A stretch of DNA of 64,000 bases, from contig OZ024741.1 of the NCBI GenBank assembly GCA_964016885.1, forward strand, positions 241,180,001-241,244,000, read 5' to 3'. A program made the translations under genes and the position numbers. Below the pieces are notes generated by a model, which saw only the letters and a program-made list of their open reading frames with translations, made no database searches and was not told where the DNA came from. This DNA is from Eledone cirrhosa. Its lineage: Eukaryota. Shown here in pieces: positions 54,869 through 64,000 of the stretch (the first letter of the stretch is position 1; every line of letters starts with the position of its first letter).

Positions 54869-55192
54869 GGTTCTTAAAATGGTGAGGGTTCTTCCTGGAA
54901 TGAAAAATAAAAAAATCATTTGTAAAATTCATATGAAAAATGGCAAGAACAGAGTTGGGGTAAAGAAAGCATGGAATAGGTAAGTTCATTTATAATCATC
55001 ACTGTTTAACATCTATTTTCCATGCTTGCATGTATTAGATGGATTGTCATGTATTGAGGTTCAACTGGTCAGATGAACTCATCTTGCTCGTTATGCAATT
55101 CTTTTGGTTTGGTGTCCAGAGCTGGATGCCTTTCCCAATGCCAGCCACTTTACAGTATGTACTAGGCATATTTTATCATATGTATATATATG

Positions 55193-55231
<39 letters not shown>

Positions 55232-55248
55232 TTGTTTTTTGTATAGAA

Positions 55249-55287
<39 letters not shown>

Positions 55288-55617
55288 TATTTATGTTCAC
55301 ATACATGCACACAAATAAAACACAAAAAAATTCTGCTACAGATAATACAGAAATTCACAAACACACATGCACTCACATTTACATAAACATACACACTCAC
55401 TCACACAAAAACTACACACAAAACTCTCACACTTTAGCTACTATACTTTCAGAACATCCTCCACCTCTAATTTGGTCACCTATATATATATATACACACG
55501 TGTGTGTGTGAATTTCTTTAAACTTGGCACAAGCTCAATTTTTATAGGGGAGAGGGTTATAATCAACTTGATCCAGTATATTACTGGTATAAATTCTGTC
55601 AACATAAGATTCCACAC

Positions 55618-56220
55618 TTGGCATTCCACACTTGGAATTCGCATCATCAGTCTGGAACCTCTATCTTGCTCAGAACATTGACCTCTTGGAAACTGTTCAG
55701 AGACGTGCAACCAAGCGCATACCCTTCATCAGACATCTACCATACTCTGAACGCCTTGCTTCTCTGGCTGGGCATGGATTCATTGAAGCTCCGACGTCTG
55801 GCAATGGACTTGGTAAACACCCACAATATTATTAACCATCTCACCAACAACAACCCTGAGCACCTTTTTGATCTCCATGTGTCTAACACATGTGGACATG
55901 CCTACAAAGTCAGAAAAACAGCACAGCTCCCATGACTTTCGGAAACATTTTTTCACGCTTAAAGTGGCTGAAGCATGGAACAAACTGCCTGCATCAGTTG
56001 TTAGCTGCCGAGACACTGCATCCTTTAAAACCCTCATGCTTCCCGAAATTCACCAAAACTACACCTGTTGTCCCCCTTCCATACACATGCACACATGTGT
56101 ATATCATGACTCATGCACTGTTCATTTTCCTGACGTTTGTACATTACCCTATGTACTACACATACACTTTTGATGAGTTGTAGTGCACCTGAGCACTGTA
56201 CACAATATTTTCATTATTAT
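55618..56220 (+). mobile_element. CR1-like LINE 3' fragment with 3' UTR (same family as 18424-18915)
   Basis: LEFASSVWNLYLAQNIDLLETVQRRATKRIP...CGHAYKVRK..RKHFFTLKVAEAWNKLPASVV (frameshifted), ending gcacctgagcactgta..(att)n. Confidence 0.88.
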
Positions 56221-56825
56221 TTTATATAAATGAAAAGTAAAACCCAGGCAGATGTGCACTGAAAACACTGAGGTATGAATCAAAATAGGGAAAATACTTA
56301 GTTAAATGTTCTATGATGTCACTAGTTTAGATAGCTAAGTTGATAGCATACTAGGCAGCCAGCTGAGACAGTATACTGCAGGGTTTCCCAGCCTGGGCGA
56401 TATTGCTCACCACTGGGTGACTTCAACTGGTGGGTGGGCGATAAGCAACTGAACAGGAAATAGTAGATGATATAGGATTTTGAGTATTAAGAAGGTATTT
56501 TAACATATGCTGCCCCAAAACAAACATTCAAAGGTGTTAACCCTGCAATGGACTGGCATTCTATCTAAGGGAATGTCTTTTACTCTCAGCCACTTAACAC
56601 CAATGAAAATAGGATAAGCAGCAGCCTTATGAGCCTCCATGCTTAGAACTGACACAGCACTGAATTACCTAAAATTCACACAAAAGTATATACCATCTCA
56701 TAATTCTTGCATTCTACCTACTGCTACATAGAGTTGGAACTATTCTAATGATATAGCCATATCAATTTTCATAAGTCTGATCAACCTTTCTTAAAATTTG
56801 CCAGAGGATAGTACCCTGTGGTGGA

Positions 56826-57042
56826 TTAACCCTTTAGCATTCACATTATTCTATATATATACTATTGTATTTTCATGGTAAAGGCTTTACCTCACATAAT
56901 ATCGAATCTATGAGATTTCGAAAGTTTTTAATTTGAGAAGAATACCTTAAAATCAGTTTGAGCGACCAGTTACAGCCAGTTTCAACAGAAAGACGTAGAG
57001 AATTCTGGCCGGTTTTGGCAGGTTTGAACATTAAAGGGTTAA
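56826..57042. mobile_element. piggyBac-like MITE with TTAA flanks
   Basis: TTAA-ccctttagcattca ... tgaacattaaaggg-TTAA (imperfect 14-bp TIR). Confidence 0.7.
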
Positions 57043-58743
57043 GGAAGGGGAAGGGGCTGACTGGGTTGTAGCTTAAGGATCCACAATGTTTAAAGAGCCT
57101 GAAATAAAATTTTCTTGCTACAAAGGGCCTTGAGGAAATTTTCAACCATGGGCCTAATACTAGTTTAATCCGCCTGTAGTAGTATCTCACATAACTCTTC
57201 AAACCTTTCCATTGCAATCACAACACCACTTTGCCATAGCTATCAAAACTAAGGTGGACTACCAATACTGCAAATCCATCACCCTTGGTGCTGACAACAA
57301 TAATGAGGACATCTGGTATCTATGTATGTATGTATGTATGTGTGTATGTGTGTATGTGTGTATGTGTATGTATGTTCTTCTGGTTTTATAATTTCACAAA
57401 GTTTTGCCAATAGAGAGAGTCGGTCTCTAACATAGTTACAAGACTCTCTCATTGGAATTTACACAACATCAACTAGGTAGATATAACTATGCATGTCTGC
57501 ACGCATTCATGTGTGTGTGTGCAGGTATGGATGTTACTGTATGTGTGTATGTGTATGTTTTGAGTTGTATTGTATGTGTGCATGTGCATATGCTTTGTAT
57601 CTGTACATGTGTATATGCAGTTATTAGATGCAACATTTTTGGAATGTTTTACATATTTTGACTGATCCATTATTGGATTGTACTTGTAATTTCCTAATTA
57701 GTTGTGTTCTTTCTGTATTCTTTATGTATGTATGTATGTATGTGTGTACGTGTTTTTTTGTGCGTGTGTGTATGTTTTTTGTGTATGTGTGTGTGTATGT
57801 TTTTTGGGTATGTGTGTGTGTATGTTTTTTGTATATGTGTATGTATTTATGTATGTACCTGTAACTCTTGATGGAGTCATTGGGGCAGTGTCGTGACTTG
57901 TGATAGGCATTTTACTTGTGCATTTTAAACCTGGAGGCGCCCATCTCCTCTCCAGCTCTAAACACAGTTGATTTCTTACAGAGAAGGAGAGAAAGTGAGA
58001 TCCATCACACAAGGAATTAATTTGAACTTTATCTGTAACACTAGAAGCAAAGTCTGTCATCGACAAGATTAAGGGATGTAATTGATTTGATAAATATAAT
58101 TAGGATATAGGATAAATAACTATTTTGACACATTTGGCACAAGGACAGCAATTTTACAGCAGAAGAGGAAAGTCGATTAAATCGATCCCAGTGTTACTGT
58201 AAGGATGAAAGGCAAAGTTAACCTTGGCAGGATTTGAATTCAGAACGTAAAGGGCCGTATCTATACGCCTCAAAACATGTTGGCCGACGTCTGCCGATAC
58301 TGCCGTGGTCATTTGTATTAGTAGAAATTAGGAATTGTAAGGGAGATAACTGTGTTAGGAATGAAGTAGAGATGTTATGTGTGTGTGTGTGTATCTATAT
58401 GTTAGCTTGGTGTATATGTGTGTGTGCTTCTATAATGTGTCTGTATGAAGCAGTTTGTATGTGTGTGTGTGTGTGTATATAAATGTGTATATAAATTTGT
58501 ATGTAAACGTCTTTGTGTGTATGCAAGTGTATATTTGTGTCTGTATGTGAATGTATGTAACCACTCTGTGTGCATGTCTATATGACCGCCCCCCCCCCCG
58601 CCCCTCTCCCAACATCATCAGCAGCAACTACTAAATATTCCCCTATTTGATCTGCTAGAAATAACAGCCAAATCTCTGTAACAGCTACACTACTTCTCAT
58701 TCTCTTCTCATAACTAACAATAATTGCTATAAAGGCAACTCCC

Positions 58744-58945
58744 CACGAGGGTAGGCTGAAAAGTTCATAGGCTGACTATGAAGGAATGGTGCTAGAGCTG
58801 TGAAATCTAGCATGCATTAATTTCATCACTTCTTATTGATAACTGCATTGTTTCTTTCCAGAGACTACGTTGAAAAATAAACCTCATTTGGTCATTCCAT
58901 GAAAGTATCTTGGTCAGCCTATGAACTTTTCAGCTGACACTCATA
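58744..58945 (+). mobile_element. mariner-derived MITE
   Basis: TIR cgagggtaggctgaaaagttcataggctgac versus gtcagcctatgaacttttcagctgacactca-TA. The internal gactacgttgaaaaataa reads as the mariner C-terminus DYVEK*. Confidence 0.85.
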
Positions 58946-59063
58946 CATTAGAATCAAGACAGGTCCACCTTGTTTTAACACTGCATAGGCAAATGTTTGG
59001 ATTTACATATATATCAAACCCATGTTGAATATTTAATATGGGTTTTGAAATAGTTAGAAATGG

Positions 59064-59139
<76 letters not shown>

Positions 59140-59141
<2 letters not shown>

Positions 59142-60647
59142 ATCTATGTATGTATGCATCAATGTATATATGTGTGTGTGTGAGCATCTATGTATGTATG
59201 CATCAATGTATATATGTGTGTGTGTGTGCATCTATGTATGTATGCATCAATGTATATATGTGTGTGTGTGTACATCTATGTATGTATGCATCAATGTATA
59301 TATGTGTGTGAGTGTGTGCATGTATGTATGTATGCATTAATGTATATATGTGTGTGAGTGTGTGCATCTATGTATGTATGCATCAATGTATATATGTGTG
59401 GGTGTGTGTGCATGTATGTATCAACGTATATATGTGTGTGTGTGTGTGTGTGCATCTATGTATGTATGCATCAATGTATATATATATATGTGTGTGTGCA
59501 TCTATGTATATATGTGTGTGTGTGTGTGTGCATCTATGTATGTATGCATCAATGTATATATGTGTGTGTGTGTGCATCTATGTATGTATGCATCAATGTA
59601 TATATATATATGTGTGTGTGCATCTATGTATATATGTGTGTGTGTGTGTGTGCATCTATGTATGTATGCATCAATGTATATATGTGTGTGTGTGTGCATC
59701 TATGTATGTATGCATCAATGTATATATGTGTGGGTGTGTGTGCATGTATGTATCAACGTATATATGTGTGTGTGTGTGTGTGTGCATCTATGTATGTATG
59801 CATCAATGTATATATATATATGTGTGTGTGCATCTATGTATATATGTGTGTGTGTGTGTGTGCATCTATGTATGTATGCATCAATGTATATATGTGTGTG
59901 TGTGAGCATCTATGTATGTATGCATCAATGTATATATGTGTGTGTGTGTGCATCTATGTATGTATGCATCAATGTATATATGTGTGTGTGTGTACATCTA
60001 TGTATGTATGCATCAATGTATATATGTGTGTGAGTGTGTGCATGTATGTATGTATGCATTAATGTATATATGTGTGTGAGTGTGTGCATCTATGTATCAA
60101 CGTATATATGTGTGTGTGTGTGTGCATCTATGTATCAATGTATATATGTGTGTGTGTGTGCATCTATGTATGTATGCATCAATGTATATATGTGTGGGTG
60201 TGTGTGCATGTATGTATCAACGTATATATGTGTGTGTGTGTGTGTGTGCATCTATGTATGTATGCATCAATGTATATATATATATGTGTGTGTGCATCTA
60301 TGTATATATGTGTGTGTGTGTGTGTGCATCTATGTATGTATGCATCAATGTATATATGTGTGTGAGTGTGCATCTATGTATGTATGCATCTATGTATGTA
60401 TGCATCAATGTATATATGTGTGTGTGTGCATCTATGTATGTATGCATCAATGTATATATGTGTGTGTGTGTGCATCTATGTATGTGTGTATCAATGTATA
60501 TATGTGTGTGTGTGCATCTATGTATGTATGGATCAATGTATATATGTGTGTGTGTGTGTGCATCTATGTATGTATGCATGAATGTATATCTGTGTATGTA
60601 TGCATCAATGTATATATGTGTGTGTGTGTGCATCTATGTATGTATGC

Positions 60648-60683
<36 letters not shown>

Positions 60684-60710
60684 ATGTGTGTGTGCATCTA
60701 TGTATGCATG
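59140..60710. repeat. Compound microsatellite-derived satellite (catctatgtatgtatgcatcaatgtatatat(gt)n)
   Basis: Units of about 40-45 bp with a variable GT tract. Confidence 0.9.
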
Positions 60711-60718
60711 CATGTATA

Positions 60719-60789
<71 letters not shown>

Positions 60790-60873
60790 TTATAAATATA
60801 CACACATGCATATTTATATAATACACACATAGATGCATGCATGCATCTATGTGTGTAGAGTGTGAGTGTTTCT

Positions 60874-60947
<74 letters not shown>

Positions 60948-61271
60948 TCACATACATATATATATGTACACATAAGACTCAGAGCCACCAACATATCCAG
61001 TTACCAGTACCACTCACACAGCCACAACCTCTAACACATGCATGTAGGCAAACACATACACACACACACACACACACATACACACGCACACACACACACA
61101 CACACAACAGACCACTACTTTTAACGGCACTACTTTTAACCCACCCACCCATTCACCTGTTAGTTATTTCCCCTTAACCACACTCTACCTTTTTCTGTCT
61201 GCCATCTTCTTATGATGTATGTCTGACCTATACAACAGTATCATATATCTCCATCCTCCTGTCTCTCTCCT

Positions 61272-61325
<54 letters not shown>

Positions 61326-61681
61326 ACCTATCAAATGGTACAATACATTGATACACCGCACATAAACACCCACCCATACATTTATATATATATAGGTCTA
61401 CGCATGGTTGTGTGGTTAAGGAGCTTGCTTTCCAACCAGTTGGTTCTGGGTTCAATCTCACTGCTCAGAACCTTGGGCATGTGTGTTCTACTATAGATCT
61501 GCATTGACCGTTGCTCTGTGAGTGGAATTTGGTAAACAGAAACTGCAGAAGCCCATTATGTATAAAGCTGTTATAGATGTGGAAACGGCAAGGGGTCAAC
61601 CACTGGGCCCTGGCTCTCTCTAACATATATAATATACTTTGGTAATGGAGTAGTTATATTTTGTGTTGTTCCCTTTCTAAT

Positions 61682-61726
<45 letters not shown>

Positions 61727-61899
61727 GGTGGCTGCCAACTTGTTTTCGAGTACGGCCACTACTTTATATCCATGTAGGAGAACCCCTACCGATGCGCTGA
61801 ACGAGTGTGACTATTTAGTCCAGCCAGCGACTCAAAAACTCTGGTACAAACACTACACTTGTGACAATTATTGACACATAGTGCTGGGCCCATGGTACC

Positions 61900-62278
61900 A
61901 TGTGACGACAAGTGCAGAGAGATCTCCAGATATAAAGCAATGCCTGTGCCGTGAAGCTTTTATAGTGAGCAAAGGCACTGCACAAAGACAGTCCCACTCT
62001 CTTAACCAAGATGATATTTACCAAAAAGAAGAACAAGTCAACATCATTGGATACCATCAAGGTTGCAGGTGTTATATCAGAGTTTTCCTTCTCCTAGAAT
62101 TCTGCCTTGACAAAGGCTAAGGGGTCATCTCTCCCGGTGATTTTGGATGGCCATTGACTCTTAAGAGCTCCTTTGCCCTTTGACAGATTTTGCTTTTAGT
62201 ACTGCAGGATGTCCAAAGTTACCCTCCACACCTAGAAACCTTGGTGGGGTTGCCAGTTTAGTCGCCAACGACACGACC
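61900..62278 (-). mobile_element. RTE-clade LINE 5' UTR-like fragment
   Basis: The minus strand contains cgttggcgactaaactggcaacccc and ttagcctttgtcaaggcagaattctaggagaaggaaaactctga, resembling RTE 5' UTR motifs as I recall them. Confidence 0.5.
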
Positions 62279-62310
62279 ATGTATATATATATATACACAC
62301 ATATATATAC

Positions 62311-62353
<43 letters not shown>

Positions 62354-62810
62354 TATGATGATGATGATGAATATATATATAGATATAGATATATTGGAGA
62401 GGAATAACACAGAAGAGTGTGTTTTCCTCTCTATATGGTATATTGAAGTGCCCAGGAAAACGTTTTTCTTTGAGCTCATTAAATTACAGGATTATATGCG
62501 AGTTCAATACTCCGTTGACACAACAGTCCGCACTGTAAGGTGGCTGTGTAGGAGACCCAGTGAAAAGGTTCCAAGTCCACACTGTAAATGTGGTTGGTGT
62601 TAGGAAGGGCATCCAGCTGTAAAAATAAAACTTGCCAGAGACGCTTCTGTTCAAGCGAGACATGGTCTCCCGACCATTCCCGCATCAAATGGAACAAAAC
62701 CGTCTAACCCATGCAAGTGGGGAAGATGGACGTTAAACGATGATGATGATGATAATATATATATCATCATCATCATCATCATCATTTTACATCCGCTTTT
62801 CCCTGCTGCA

Positions 62811-62884
<74 letters not shown>

Positions 62885-62940
62885 AGATAATTCAATATTT
62901 ACATACTTTAGTTTTTTAAAATAATGTCTGTTATGTTCAT

Positions 62941-62994
<54 letters not shown>

Positions 62995-63163
62995 TATACA
63001 CACATTTAATGTCCATTATCGATGTTAGCATGGATTAGCATGGATTAGATGAGTTGTCTAGTTTTGAGACAAATCAGATCAGGTGACCATGTCCTGCTCA
63101 TACAGAGCAGTTTCTTGCTTAGATTCTACCAACTGATGGGTTAGACTGGACACTTTTCATCAT

Positions 63164-64000
63164 GTCACCAACACGACCACCTTACAGGGTGGGCTGGGTA
63201 TGTTTTGTTGTGTCACCAACACGACCACCTTACAGGGTGGGCTGGGTATGTTTTGTTGTGTCACCAACACGACCACCTTACAGGGTGGGCTGGGTATGTT
63301 TTGTTGTGTCACCAACACGACCACCTTACAGGGTGGGCTGGGTATATTTTGTTGTGTCACCAACACGACCACCTTACAGGGTGGGCTGGGTATGTTTTGT
63401 TGTGTCACCAACACGACCACCTTACAGGGTGGGCTGGGTATGTTTTGTTGTGTCACCAACACGACCACCTTACAGGGTGGGCTGGGTATGTTTTGTTGTG
63501 TCACCAACACGACCACCTTACAGGGTGGGCTGGGTATGTTTTGTTGTGTCACCAACACGACCACCTTACAGGGTGGGCTGGGTATGTTTTGTTGTGTCAC
63601 CAACACGACCACCTTACAGGGTGGGCTGGGTATGTTTTGTTGTGTCACCAACACGACCACCTTACAGGGTGGGCTGGGTATGTTTTAATGTGTCACCAAC
63701 ACGACCACCTTACAGGGTGGGCTGGGTATGTTTTGTTGTGTCACCAACACGACCACCTTACAGGGTGGGCTGGGTATGTTTTAATGTGTCACCAACACGA
63801 CCACCATACAAAGTGGACTAGGTGCTTTTTGTAGTGTCACCAATATGACCACCTTACAGGGTGGGCTGGGTATGTTTTGTTGTGTCACCAACACGACCAC
63901 CTTACAGGGTGGGCTGGGTATGTTTTAATGTGTCACCAACACGACCACCTTACAGGGTGGGCTGGGTATGTTTTGTTATGTCACCAACACGACCACCTTA
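63164..64000. repeat. 48-bp minisatellite (17 or more copies, runs off the window)
   Basis: Unit GTCACCAACACGACCACCTTACAGGGTGGGCTGGGTATGTTTTGTTGT. Confidence 0.96.

Noticed and set aside
54869-54919. ORF-track start MIFLFFIPG for the protocadherin
   Set aside because: It overlaps the polypyrimidine tract and acceptor; the signal peptide fits ATG 54868.
59038-61177. Numerous C/V/Y/M and H/T/I ORFs
   Set aside because: Translations of dinucleotide and compound microsatellites.
61786-61850. Hammerhead-like ctgaacga..actcaaaa motif
   Set aside because: Core spacing and GAAA are not satisfied; too degenerate to call.

Overview
Eukaryotic, AT-rich, microsatellite-dense DNA, most likely a coleoid cephalopod (Octopus). 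This is inferred from the protocadherin type and the SINE/microsatellite landscape and was not database-checked. The only convincing host gene is a minus-strand protocadherin. One large exon (52487-54894, ATG 54868) encodes the signal peptide, six EC domains, the TM helix and the proximal tail. From splice signals and phase I reconstruct small downstream cytoplasmic exons about 20 kb away (31953-32124 and 29221/29210-29265), plus a candidate alternative or orphan terminal exon inside the 20-kb intron (40610-40770). The rest is repeat-derived. It includes a decayed ZMYM1-like hAT transposon with TIRs nested inside a TA-flanked MITE, and Penelope-like fragments carrying type I hammerhead ribozyme motifs (one with an intact core at 41642-41702). 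It also has R4/Dong, CR1-like and RTE LINE fragments, many tRNA-derived SINEs, mariner- and piggyBac-like MITEs, and large minisatellites (39, 36, 87, 24 and 48 bp units; three appear born from SINE segments). The long ORFs in the ORF track at 0.4-7 kb, 22-29 kb and 59-64 kb are repeat artefacts.
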